This document shows, in pieces, positions 46,941-59,866 of a stretch of DNA of 64,000 nucleotides (position 1 is its first letter; every line of letters begins with the position of its first letter). The stretch spans positions 62,001-126,000 of the forward strand of contig NW_019217899.1 in NCBI RefSeq assembly GCF_002571385.2, in the 5' to 3' direction. Source of the DNA: Stylophora pistillata. Its lineage: Eukaryota. The position numbers and the translations under genes were made by a program. Below the pieces are notes generated by a model. The model did not search any database, had not been told where the DNA came from, and was given only the letters and a program-made list of their open reading frames with translations.

Positions 46941-49900
46941 TAGTAGTAGGCCTTCTTTGGTCGATTTTGACCATGGATACTGCACTCTAGGAGTTCGTGG
47001 TGTTGCGACTAGAACAGCGTCGTCGGCGGCTGGTACCGATGTGGGAGTGGCAGTTTGCTGCACAAAGTGCAGATGTAGTTGGTCGTGGGGGGTGTTCTTG
47101 TCCGTGTGCCTTCCGCCTTGCTCTCCTCTCTTCTGCCAGGTTCAGGACCTTCTCCTCACCTGTCTTCATCAGTTTCTTGAGCAAGCAGCGCCAGCTGATG
47201 CGGTTTGCTGCAGTGTCCTTCCCGATCTCTGTTTTGATACCCAGATCTTTCATGTCGCGCTTGCAGACATTCTTATATCTCAGCTGGGGGCGAACTTGGG
47301 GTCTTTTTCCGGACGTAAGTTCACCATAGAAAATGTCCTTTGGGATTCGGCCATCTTCCATACGGCGCACGTGGCAAGGCCAGCGCAGTCTGCGTTGTCT
47401 GAGCAGCATATACGTGGTGGGGAGGCCGGCATGGGCAAGAACCTGGGCGTAAGGCACTTTGTCGCTCCAGCTGATGCCAAGGATGCGGCGAAAACATCGC
47501 ATGTGGACTGAATGCACAGCTTCTGCTCTTGCTTGGCATAGGCTCTCCTGGATTCTCTCCCGTACAGGAGGGTGCTGACTATGTAGGCATTGTACACTGC
47601 AATCTTGGTTGGAGTGGTTGGCTTGGGGTTCTCCCAGAGGCGAGTGGTCAGTCGTCCTAGAGGTTTTGCGGCCTTACCGATGCATTTGTCGATTTCGGCA
47701 TCTATGGACAGGTTGTCGCTGATGGTGGAAGCAAGGTAGGTGAACTGGTGTACCACTTTAAGTTCGTAGTTGTCGATGGTGATGACAGGTGGTGTGTCCA
47801 CATCTTGGCCCACAAGTTGGTCCTCTTCAGGCTGATGGTTAGTCCAAAGTCTTTGCAGGCCTGATAGAATCTGTCCATCAGACACTGTAGATCTTCTACA
47901 GTGTGTGAGGTGACTGCTAGTAGTCATTAGTTGTCAACTTCATTTAAAGAGGATGACACATGACAGATATATCTGATAAACTAGTGGCCTTCTATCCTAA
48001 TAATAGCAGAAGTTTACAAAAATTAAAAATTATGTATGTGAAAGATAAAGTGTAGAGAATAAACAGATGTCAGTAAAAAATTGAAAATTTTTAAGTTAAA
48101 AGGTTAATATAAAAACGTATAATTCATGATACAATGTGATAAACTAAAAATTTCTAGGTTAAAAAATATTTTCTTAGCTCACCTTTAAAGGAGCCAATGG
48201 CGTCCTTTTTCCGCACATCCAAAGGAAGACTGTTCCAAAGCTTACTACCATGTACTTGAAAAGAGCGACGCCCTTCTGTTTCCCTGTTATATCGAGGGCA
48301 AATCAGGTTATAGTTTCCGTAACGAGTAGTCCTCCTGTGACGGTCTCAGTTTCTTGATAATAGTCGTGTTATATAGCTCAGACAGTCGTTTTCGTTTGTA
48401 ATGCGCCTAAATATTAAACTACTCTTTAGGAGATTTAACTCATTCTTAAGAGGCAGCCAATCAAACAGTCTAAATAGAATCTCGCCCCTTTCTCCGACAT
48501 CTGTGTCCAGAATTACAAGAGCTGCTGGCTTTTGAAGGCGAGATATGTTTCTAACATACTCTTCCGATGCAGCGCTTCATACCCATGGTCCATACAACAT
48601 TATCGGCCTTATTAACGCATTGAAATACAGCTTACACTGAGAGAGGGGAAAATTTCGCCTAATCTTCTTTAGTACAGCAATCCTATGAGACCCTTTTTGC
48701 AACGGTCATCAATGTATTCGTTAAAACTAGGCTGGTTGTCTAGTTTCACCCCAATCAATTTTTGTGACTTGACTTGTTCAATCTCGCTGCCTTTGGATGA
48801 GATTGTAAGAGTCATGTTTGGAGCTTTCTTCCCCAGGTGTTTGCCAGTTACGAGCAGACTTTTCGTTCTACAAGCATTGAGTACCATCCCATTTTCGGAT
48901 GTCCAATCGACTAACTTGTTTACGCCGCTGCTGAATTGGAGATAAATCTGTGACATCAGCAGAGGTACTCAAGGCAGTATCATCTGCATAAATATCTACA
49001 GCTGATCGCAAAGTGAGTAGGGAAGATCATTTACAAAGATAATGAATAAGAATGCCCCCAGGACCGATCTCTACAGCACACAGTACATGATTAACCTATA
49101 TTCTGGCCGTACTCCATCAAAACAACTGTTTGCTTTCTACTCTTTAAGTAGTCCGTTAAGAGCAGGAGTTCCTTAGATGCTAAACCATATGCCTCAAGCT
49201 TTGCTAAGAGTATGCCATGATCAATTAAATCAAAAGCCTTCTTGTAGTCTACAAACGCAAGTCCAGTAATGTGATCTTTGTCCATATCTGACAGTAACTG
49301 GTCTGTCAGACGAAGGAGCGCAGTTTCGGTTGAGTGTGATCTTCGGAACCCTGACTGCAAGTTGTAAAGCAAATCATTAATTCTCATGTAGCTATACAGA
49401 GCTTGGTGAACATGCTTTTCAAATATTTTTGAGTGCAAAGGAAGCACAGAAATTCGACGATACTTGTTCTTGTCATCTTTGCTCCCTTGACCCTTGTAAA
49501 TAGGGGTAACTTAAGCACATTTCCACGTTGACTCAGTGGCAAGGAGATTGGAAGGGTAGCTAGTTTCAGTATTCTAGGGCCAAGTCCGTCAAATCCAGTA
49601 GCTTTGTGAGCCATCGTTCGTGATGTCATATGTTGAATAGTGAAACGTGATTTGCTAACGCCCTACGTAAAGTCTCTGATGTTCATAAGAGAAACCCGTG
49701 AAGCTATGGAAGAGATGGAAGAGTCCGTAGCAGTTCTAGGGGATGCTTCACAAACCCGGAATTTAAGCGCTCTGCAATATCGAGTGTATTTGTAATCACT
49801 TCGTCTCCTTCCTTCAGCTGACGGATTGAAGCATGGTTGTTTACGTCTTGTCTAGTTAGGTTCCTGATAAGGCTCCACAATCTTTTGGGGTTATGTTTAG

Positions 49901-51460
49901 GTTCTGCAAATTGGATCATGAAATATTGCTCTTTGGTACAGCTAATTTACTCGCAGACTTTGTTCTTCGCACATGTATAAGTAGCCCAGTCATCAGGATT
50001 TGCAGAAATTCTACCTTTTTCGAGCAGTTTATCTCTTTTCTCCTGCGTCATCAGCAAGGAGTAGGTCTCTGATGATGGTCTCACACACCTTAGCTCTGAT
50101 TCTTGCGATGTTATAGAGTCTGCCGTCTGATCTTTTGTGTATGTACACCTATTCGGTTGATTCCGAAACGCATGTTTCAGAAGGAGGGAGAAGAGGATGC
50201 CGAAGAGGGTTGGAGCAAGGACGCAGCCTTGCTTCACACCGCTTTTGATGTCAAAGGGTTCGGACATGCTTCCCTCGTTCTGGATCGTTGCCTTCATGCG
50301 GTCATGAAAGATCTGATCATACCGTGAAGCTTCGGGGGACATCCGATCTTCAGGAGGACATTGAAGAGCCTATCCCGGCTAACCAGGTCGAAGGTCTTGG
50401 TAGGATCTATAAGGCGACGTAAAGAGGCTTCTGCAGCTCCCTGCACTTCTCCTGTCGTTGACGAAGGGAGAAAATAATGTCCACTGTAGAACATTCTGCT
50501 CGAAAGTCACATTGGGACTCGGGGTAGACGCGTTCCGCCAGCTGTCGAAGACGCACTAACAGGACTCTGGCATACAGTTTACCCACGAAGCTCAAGAGGG
50601 AGATGCCTGTGTAGTTGTTGCAGTCACTCCTGTTGCCTTAGTTCTCGTAAAGGGTGACGATCTTGGCATCTCTCATGTCTGGTGAAACACCACCACCTTC
50701 ATACCAGTACTTGCAGAGGGTGTCGTAAAGTCTGCAGAAGGGTGGTCTTGCAGTGCCTGATCAGGTCTGGGGGAATGCCGTCATACCCAGGGGCTTTGCC
50801 GCAGGTTAAGCTGTCGATAGCCTTGCTGAGTTCTTCCAGTGTTTGTTAAGCGTCTAACTCCTCCATAATGGGCAGAGGTGACAACAACGTTCTCTCTGGA
50901 GTAGAGTTCTGAAAATTGTTCCGCTCATCTCTCCATCTGCTTAGCTTTGTCGGTGATCGCTTCACCGCTGCTGGTTTTCAAGGGTGCTGTTTTGATGTGA
51001 GTCGGTCTAAAAGCTTTCTTGATACTCTCGTACATTCCCCTGATGTTGCCTGTTGCTGCTGCAGTCTGGATGTCGTGACCTGGCTCCCGCCGGTACTCGT
51101 TGGCGCAACTTCTTGCTTTCGGCTGTACTTTGCTCTTGGCTGATCTCAGTGCTCAAAGGGTCTTCAGACTTAGTGAGCGCCTGTATTCAATAAGGATGAA
51201 CTGATTTCTAAATTTCCTTACGTAGGCGGTTCCATGACTCGGAAACGGTATTGCGTGGGTGGCCTGCAGACAGAGCATCTTCAAGAGACTTTGCAAATTT
51301 CTCAAGCTTCTCTGGATGTTGCATCTGGTTCGTATCAATGCGTGGCTTCCCTACATGTTTGGAGCAATGAAGTTTCCTAGGTAGCAGTTTGATCTTGCAG
51401 CAAACCAGTCAGAGTCACAGTCAGCGCTGTGGTATGAGCGGGTGAGAAACACATTGGATC
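46941..51460 (-). mobile_element. RTE-clade LINE, 3' part (RT domain, degenerate), interrupted by a CR1/L2
   Basis: PESQCDFR, DIIFSLRQ.QEKCRE, GVKQGCVLAPTLF, ADD, CFRRILGISW.DKV, RRLRW..HVRRMEDGRIPK; (cta)n 3' tail at 46941-46949. Confidence 0.92.
47920..50042 (-). mobile_element. 5'-truncated CR1/L2 LINE nested in the RTE
   Basis: KATGFDG, SKIFEK, QSGFRRSHSTETAL, FVDYKKAFDLIDH and YADD (~48980-48990). RTE coding sequence ...ADDA|AVTSH... resumes on both sides. Confidence 0.9.
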
Positions 51461-51464
51461 AATC

Positions 51465-53003
51465 AGTGTCGTGAGGGGGGTGTCGTGCTACTTGGGAAAC
51501 AGCTGGTCCTCAACATCACCCTACCCTGGCCTGTGCCCAGGAGAGGACACTCCAGCCTTGCCATACAGCGTCGAAACAACACGGGATGTAGCAGTCTACC
51601 AGTTATAAGCTGCAATGCTCGATTGGCGTAGAGTGTGGCGCCAGAAGTTGCATCCGAGGGTGGGAGAGATCTTCGTATCTCATTGGAAAGCTACCGCCCG
51701 CCTCAAGTTTGGCAGCCCTCAGCCAGTAAGGCGCTGTCCCGCCATGGTCTGACTTCTCAATTAGGTGCATGTGGGTTCGGATAGACCGACAAGCAGACCG
51801 TAACTTTTGCACCAGGCAAGAAAACACAAACATTAAGACTAGGATACACCGACAAGCAGACCGTAACTTCCCTACCAGGCAAGAAAACACAAAGAATAAT
51901 CAACGAGAAGAGACCAGCTCTTAAAATAGGAAGTTGGACTGTCCACACCATGACAACTGGACTTCGCGACCTCCAGAACATCAGTGACGCAAGAAAGACA
52001 GCGTTCATCAACGATGAGCTACTGAGACTGAAGGTAGACGTAGCTGCTCTGCAAGAGAAACGCCTAGCTGAGTTGGGATCTTTCAAGGAGAAAGACTATA
52101 CCTTCTTCTGGCAAAAAAAGAGCATTGCGGACCGAAGAGTGGGGTTTGCAGTAGGATTTGGAGTAGTGTTTGCAGTCAGGAACACCTTGGTGAAAATGGT
52201 TGAACCAGGTGACAAGAGATCAGAAAGCCTGCTAACTCTCCACCTCTGCTACCTCTCTCGCCTCTGCAGGACCAGTTACACTCATTAGCGCCTATGCCCC
52301 AGCCTTAACCTCCTCACATGAGGCGAAAGACGAGTTCTGCACCAGCCTGAACGACGCCATCAAGAACACCCACAGGAGCGATCACCTTGTCCTCCTTGGC
52401 GACTTCAACTCCAGAGCAGGTGCTGAATTGGGATCTTTGAAGGAGAAAGACTACACCTTCTTCTGGCAAAAAAGAGCTTTGCGGACCGAAGAGTAGGGTT
52501 TACAGTAGGGTTTGGAGTAGGATTTGCAGTCAGGAACACCTTGCTGAAGATGGTTGAACGAGGTGACAAGGGACCAGAAAGCCTGCTAACTCTCCACCTC
52601 TGCTACCTCTCTCGCCTCTGCAGGACCAGTTACACTCATTAGCGCCTATGCCCCAGCCTTGACCTCCTCCCATGAGGCGAAAGACGAGTTCTACACCAGC
52701 CTGAACGACGCCATCAAGTACACCCACAGGAGCGATCACCTTGTCCTCCTTGGCGACTTCAACTCCAGAGTAGGTGCTGACCATGACTCTTGGTCTTCCT
52801 GCTTGGGTTCCTTTGGAGTTGGCAAGATCAACAAGAACAGGGCAGCGTCTGTTGGACTTTGCTCTTAGCACCGCCTCTGGCTGACCAACTCCTATTTTCA
52901 GACAAAGCCACAACACAGAGTGTCGTGGCGCCACTCCCAATCCGAGCATTGGCACCTGCTCGACCTGGTTATCGTCAGACGTACAAGCCTCAAGCACCTG
53001 CTT
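51465..53003 (+). mobile_element. RTE 5' part (5' UTR + APE endonuclease), inverted relative to the 3' part
   Basis: KIGSW.V.TM, VDVAALQE, YTFFW, GFAV, ISAYAP, AKDEFY, LLGDFN.RVG, SWRH....HWHLLDLV; internal ~355-bp tandem duplication. Confidence 0.9.
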
Positions 53004-53036
53004 GTTTGGGATAGGGCTAAGGACAAAGCTTAACCT

Positions 53037-53376
53037 ACCATTAGCTCAAGTGGTTAGAGCGCCGGATTGTGTTGTGCGGGAGGTCGAGGGCTCGAGCCCT
53101 GGCGGGACCGATACTCGTGGTCTTAAAATAAGTGAGGAGAATTTGCTATCTTTCTATAATCAAGAACTAGATAGATATTCAAGTCTTCTCGGATAAGGAC
53201 GAATAAACCGTAGGCCCCGTCTCCTGCAGGGTTAGGGGTAGGATGCGTTAATTTCCCACGCACGGGATTACTGTGTCGTGGTTGCCCTCCCCTGGGGTGG
53301 GATGGGTGGGAATTTGCCTTGAAAAGCCCCCGTGGGGAGTGGTCAACTAACGTATGTATGTAACGTATGTATGTAT
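53037..53376 (+). mobile_element. tRNA-derived SINE with Nin/Deu-like central domain and (TATG)n tail
   Basis: A box tagctcaagtgg; degenerate B box ggctcgagccc; central tcttctcggataaggacgaataaaccgtaggccccgtct; LINE-like 3' stem-loop then gtatgtatgt. Confidence 0.82.
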
Positions 53377-53519
53377 CTAAGCGAAACTTCAGCGCATGCT
53401 GTAGCTCCATAAGTAAGAACACATGGCAACCAGATATATTAAAGTTCACAAGGCGACCTGGTGGACAATCAGACATGGTTTGATGCTACTGGTTTAAGGA
53501 TCGAATGAATGTAACCGGG

Positions 53520-53960
53520 AAATTACAATTCATCAACACAACGTTATGACACCCCTGTCTAGTGCCTTCTTCAGGGGTGATCTGATCGTTGCAACATGTG
53601 GTCCTTTTATATGCTCACTAATTAGCAGCCCTTTCTTCTGAAGAGGCGTAAATAGGCGTCAATTAGTAAGCCGCCATCATGGATAAGATGCCAGGATCCT
53701 TTGGTATTTGCCAAACCTAGGGTTCCTGTCACGATAAAACAACGAACCTACGCTATTTATTCTATTCTTTGCAATGACAGACCAAACGTGAGTTTGGAAC
53801 GGTTTAAAAGAGCATCAAAAGGTCGTCTTCTTTTGCAAAAGAGAAAATTCGGCTTTGTCGGATCGAGCACGCATGACTAACAAACCGTAAAATTGGGTGG
53901 GATAATTCTAAAGTTATCACCACTGATCGGCGTTACCCCTAGCGCCTTTGTTTAGAAGAA
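53520..53960. mobile_element. Penelope-like remnant: inverted pLTR/hammerhead plus GIY-YIG endonuclease fragment
   Basis: Minus strand cccCTGAAGAaggcac...gtgtcataacgtt (degenerate hammerhead). Plus strand frameshifted AIYSILCND..QTKREFGT.LKEHQK....KRENSALS....IGWDNSKVIT. Confidence 0.7.
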
Positions 53961-56900
53961 TTAGAGAGTCCTTTCTTCCTACTTTGGTCCTGCGTCCTTT
54001 AAAGGGAAATGGAAACGCCTAATTGACTTTGAAGGGAAAGGAAACACACTATGGACGCTCCTCACAAGCTTTTAAACGCTGTGTGCCCAGCAACAATGGT
54101 CTTTCCCTTTGCTCTTAGACCTGAGGGTGAACTCATTAACTTAGACGATACCAGCTTTTGTTATACTACAAGGTCACCTACATTTGACCATCTTTTTAAC
54201 AAGGACGACCCTTATACTTATACTAACTAACACTTGCGCCTCTCGACCATAATAAAAAACTTCACTAATGAAATGAAACAGATTTTAGTATAAGAAATTT
54301 ACCAAAGCTTTGTTCATAAAAAAGACAAAAGACCAAAACTTAAAGAAAGGAGGCACTTTCAAATACCTGGGAGGGATTAAAGAGGAGGGAATATAATATG
54401 CATTAAGGAAAAAATTTAAGTGTTGATGAAGAATAAGGTTGCAAGAATAAACTGAGAAAAAGTCTGAACTCAATCAGGCAAGCGGAAGGGAGCCATCGAC
54501 AGCCTTGCTCTTACTGTCACAGCTTATAGCTTTAACAAAGTCAACTAAAAACTAAAGGAGAACAAGAAAATAATACTGGTAAAAAAATGACAACATACAA
54601 TTTACCTTTTAAAGGGAGGCACTAGCTAAAACCAGATATGGATAATTTTTCTCTCCTCGGAAACGAAGGTAATAGGGGTCTGATTCAACTCGAAACTGTC
54701 TATTAAACAGCCACCATAGGACTAGAGAGTTAACTTAGGACCAAAAATGCCTCCCTCCCAGAATTATCAAAGACTATCAGAAAAAAAAGATACAAAACTC
54801 CATAGCTAATTTAACAGCGGCGTTAAAAGAAGAGAAAAAACACCCCCACCATCAACGTTCGGAAAGTTAAATTGAAAAATAAAGAGAAGGGAAGAGGAAG
54901 GAACACACGGGTATACCCAAAAAAGTTAGCGAGAAAGACGCTGACTAGCATATGACCAACCAATGGCTCGAAACGGAAGGTTTCATCACCGCTGTTTACA
55001 GCTGGACCATCGATACCAGCTAGCATTGGAACGAGTTCCCTTAGATATCAAAGATCCAACGTGCGGGACATATATCAATTCCAGGAAACCGTTGATAAAT
55101 TGTGACAGGATGCCCCGAGCTGACCAAAACTGAATGTCCTCATGGACAAAGCAAAGTCGCCAAACACCTTCACTGGAATCACCTGTAAAGAATTTCCACG
55201 CAAAAGAAAAATGTAACGAGCTCAGCTCCGAACAGCGTTAGTTATTGGTTAGTTTGTTTTAGATGCGGAAATGGAATATGGGCCAACATGGGATATGGGA
55301 TATGGGCCAATAGAATAGATAGCGTCACCAAGAACAAAGAACAAATGAAACTGCGTACTTATCGATATCTCCTTCTCCAAGTCTAAAACATGAACACCTT
55401 GAATTCATATCGAAAGAGTGAGAGGGACGAAAGCCAGTAGTAATATGAGGCCTGGGACCTTTGAAGAAAGGAATGGATAGATCTCATAGTAAGAGTTGCA
55501 ATCTCTTGTCTATTAGTTAACATCAACCAAGAACAACAGTAGATCATACTAATTGGGGAAGGCACAGTCCACGATTTGGGAGCTACATTATACAGGCAGG
55601 TGCTATGTTCAAAACCTGATGAGGGTTCTTAAAGCTGCTGCACGTGTACACATTGGGGATCATTCTCGCTACACGTCAAACGTTACCACTTACACTATGA
55701 TGCACAACCTGAGAATTAAAAGAACCTCTGGACAAGAGTAAAGAAGTCAGTTGCCTGTTAGTGATAAACAAATGACCGATTGTGATACGGAAAGGAAAGC
55801 AGATTAGTGCTTAATAGTTTGAAAAGAAACAGTATTACATGCTGGTCCAAATTTTCAGAGCAGAAGAGATACCTTCAAGTTCCCTTTCTTCCTTTCAACT
55901 ACCGGAAACTGGAGGAATTTTAACCAGAGACAGTTACTATCACGTAGTAGCTCACTAAATGCGTGTAAGGACAATCTGTAGGTAAATTATCGGACGAGAT
56001 GGGCTTAAATGTTATTTTTCCATTTATATTTTAAAAATTTAAAATTTAAGGGGATGCTTTATCAGTTTTTTCTAGATGTAAAATGTACGATAATGGACAT
56101 CATATCGAGTAAGTAAAGAAGTAAGTGTGTTATAACACAAACAGTATATAAGTCACCTCAATTCTATATGATTTCTAAGGTTAGGGGAAGTAATGATGAA
56201 TTAAAATATTTCTCATGATGATGATGTTTATGAAGATAATGATGATAAGAAGGTAGAAATGTAAGCGGTAAAAGATCATGTAAAACGTTTCGTTGAGTAA
56301 GGGACACAGATATTAAAAGCGAATCGAGTAAGAGTCACAATGCTTTCATTTCAAGTATCTCCTCCTGCCTGTGGCTAAAACCATAATGTGCACGAGAAAC
56401 ATAATTAAGAATCGCTGCTGAAACGGAGGAGTTGACGATCAAAAGATCGCTCTGTCAAAGACACCGTGAGAAACCGGACTGGTAAAAGTTACTCACTTTC
56501 ATTCTGCATCTTGATTGAAATAGTCGGCTTTCACCTTTCATTATATGCTAATAAGGAACTTAGGATAGTTCGCCAGTTATGAATCCAGTGGTTTCCTGTA
56601 ATATTTTTTCCAAATTGGAACGTATTCCTCTAAGCAGGCTTCTTCTTATATGATTGTGTAAGTTGCAATGATATAAATTCAAGAAGGAATACTCGCACAC
56701 TCTACTCGATCACAGAGAACGCGACTTTTTATCAGCAAGGAAATGCACAGCAATTCATCATGGTAGTGAAGCCAGAAGCCAGTTAATTCCAGGTATAATG
56801 AAGACTCGGTCTATGGTAACTCACTTTGATGATCGCTCGCCAGGCTTGCTTACACTCCAACTCAGTGCTGTATCTGATAAACTTTCTCTCTTAAAAAAAA

Positions 56901-59866
56901 TTCCACCAAGGAAATATCACTTTTCAACATACTACCTGTTTTACCGGGTAAGTTGCTTCCAGACAGTGACTACGGTTCTAAATGACCACGTCCTTCATTA
57001 ATTTCTTGGAATCTTTAAAATCGAGTTTTTTTTTAAGAAGTCCTTTCCTTGGAAACGCAAAGGAAAGAAAATAGTTATTTTGAACCCATTATCATTTCAT
57101 CATGTGTGCAGGAAGTCTCCGCTTAAGTTTGGTTTCCCCTCTTGCCTTTTACTTTCTGTGAGATCAAAATCCCAGAGTTTCGTTAATATATTCTTATTTT
57201 TCCGAGCTGGATGATGATACAGCGAATTTTCCTAGAAATTTGACTTGACTCAGTCAGGAATATAATAACCAGGAGTCGGACATGAATACCACAGTATTCA
57301 AGATAACTGAAGATTCTACTCTCATATTGCTATTTCCAAGATTCTTGATATGTTTATTATTAGTTTTTTTATTCTACTGCAGTTAATTTTTGCCCATAGT
57401 GAGCGGGTATGGCTGGTTTTCTCTATCCATAGTCTATCAGTATATCTTTTGTTGCTTATGTTTCTTCCCTGTTGAAGGCTGGTATAAACAAGTATAAATG
57501 AGCCATGCTTAGAAGTGGATATGTCTCTTATCTAGATCCCTTTTTTGTCGCACCACTCACCAAAAATAAAAGGAAAATTTCAGCTTTATGAAACTAGAAA
57601 AAAATTGTACAGGTTGCCCAGTTTCACCCTGGACAAAATCAATCAGGAGAATCCAATGACAAACACAGAATGTTCTAATTATAAGTGTTCTCCATGAAAT
57701 CATCAGGATTACCTCTCTGGCGGTAGAGGCATGTACAGCAAAGGAAACAGATCCTTTTGATATGCTTGGTTCGATACCATTTACGTGTTACTGTGGTTGA
57801 AAGTGTTACTGAGTTACTTGTGAGTTAGTTATCTGGGATCGTGCACTTGATTGTATTCTTCAAGTTTTTTGGCTTGAAGGTGAAACTCGGCTTAATCTAC
57901 AATATGCCGGAACACTGAAGGCTTCTTTAAACTCGGTGTATCGAATGACGAAACATTCTAACGTATCTTAGCCAGCTTCTGTCGCATCGTAGAAATGACT
58001 GATAGGAATAATTCTTTTTTATATCGTCAGTGGAGGACGGAATTTAACGCCCTTCTTCTTCCAAGATGGCGGATCAGAATAAAGTCCCTTCTAAATCTGT
58101 TTGAAAAACTTCTCTCTATTTGGGTCTTTTGAATTCCTCATCAACTAGCTCAGTGTTCAGTAAGAATATTCATGGTTAGACGGCCCTTTTTTTTAAAAGT
58201 AATTTATACTGAATCGAACAAATGTATTCTGTAGTTTGTACTGTTACTTAAGCAGTTGTGTTTCAGTGATCATGCTTCAATATTAGTCCAGTTAATTGCC
58301 CACAACACGTTCGATTTTCAGTTTCATTTATAATGAACTTAAGTGAGAGAAAAGTTATAAATTAATGTTGGTTCTATGAATAGAAAAGCTGCTATAAAAC
58401 GACAGCACATCGACAAAGAAGCGAGATATAAAGAAATAGTAACATTTGCAGACTTCAACTAATGGCAAGATATTATGTTGTGTTGAAATTCATAATCGCT
58501 TCTCAGAATATTCAAAAACCTTTTTCGATGAAGAAAGACTGATATAGTAGAATCATGAAGCGCTGTTAGAACTACCGAATCAGAAGGCTACTTTCACTTT
58601 ATCGAAATAGAGCTGCCTCGATTGTAGGCTCATTTTTCATACCGAAGTTATGTTGTATTGCAAAGACTGATTTTGGTGAGCTGATCAGACGTTATTCTAC
58701 TGTAGGTATCAGGATCTTTATCGTGAGAATTTTTTAAAGTCCGTCCATAAGTTTGCTTCTTTGAAATCAGTTCTGTATACAGACCTGAGAGCAACTGTGG
58801 TATTGCAGAGTTCTGGTTTTAGTTGCGTTCATTGATAGACTCCGGCATGAACGCTCTTTGCTCAACCCCCATTGAACTACCACGAGTAAATATGACTTGA
58901 AACGCAATTTAACACGACATGGCTTTCACGAAGGTACTTAGTATCTTTCACTTTTACATCGTACAATTAATCTTAATTCGTTTATGTTTTGCAGATTTGG
59001 AAGAGAAAAAAAATATGCGATTAGAAGACCGCACCACATACCTTAGTGAGTTCACGACATCAAGTGATACAGTCGATTCACGAGTCCAGCCCCCGATGTC
59101 ATTTCACTCTACTTTATGAAAAGATTAATGAACAAGTCTCGTTTTCTCTAGGTTATTCAATTAGGTTCAAATAAGAGGGTGAAACAATGAAAAGGTTCTT
59201 TTCCTCATGCAACATCTGTTCTGGTTGTCCCTCTTGATCGATCAGTCGATCGATCTCGTATATTTAGCATGCAAGTACATAATAAAAACATTTCAGTTTC
59301 CTGATAACTAAATTAATGATTGTTTTTCGGCTGAGTCCCGCTTTCTACCAACACAATCCTTGAGATTATTGTACAATTTTGATTTCTAAAAGTCCATCCA
59401 AAGTGCTAGAAAAAAAGTCGAGTGTGACGGATTGCTTCACATAGCTCAAAATATCGCACATTCACATCTAATAATTCTGGAAATTGTACACACAAAATGG
59501 AGAATGTGCCGAGGCAGACCCACATCCAAGCACGCCTACACCCGGTTTTCGCTGACAAGGGCGTAGCAAGGTCCCCCAAAATAATGTACAAAAATGTTTG
59601 TTAATATCAGAAGCGTCTCATTCTAAAATATATCGTTTGACCGCACTCAAACAAACGTGATCTGTTGCTCCGTGTACAAATCCTTCAGATTATCGTAACA
59701 CTCGCAAACTACTGCGACCTCGATTCCTTCAGCTCGCAGCTTCACCTTGTACCTAAGATTATGCTTATAACTGTTCTCTAAAGCATGCAGTGAATACCTT
59801 CAATTTTATCGAAGATTTGATAACATTTTTTTCTCTCTCAGATTAGCCGACAGCCGTTAACCACTC

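Noticed and set aside
46696-47511. 271-aa plus-strand ORF
   Set aside because: Mostly the antisense shadow of the RTE RT C-terminus; no domain motifs.
51465-51620. HDV-like ribozyme expected at the RTE 5' end
   Set aside because: Only partial pairing (gggtg/caccc) is visible. I could not build the nested double pseudoknot by eye; it needs a covariance-model search.
53037-53110. Possible tRNA gene
   Set aside because: Degenerate B box and no acceptor-stem closure; it continues into a SINE body and tail.
54280-55760. Possible decayed retroelement or transposase remnants
   Set aside because: Strand-skewed composition and LINE-like hints, but no motif I can assign.
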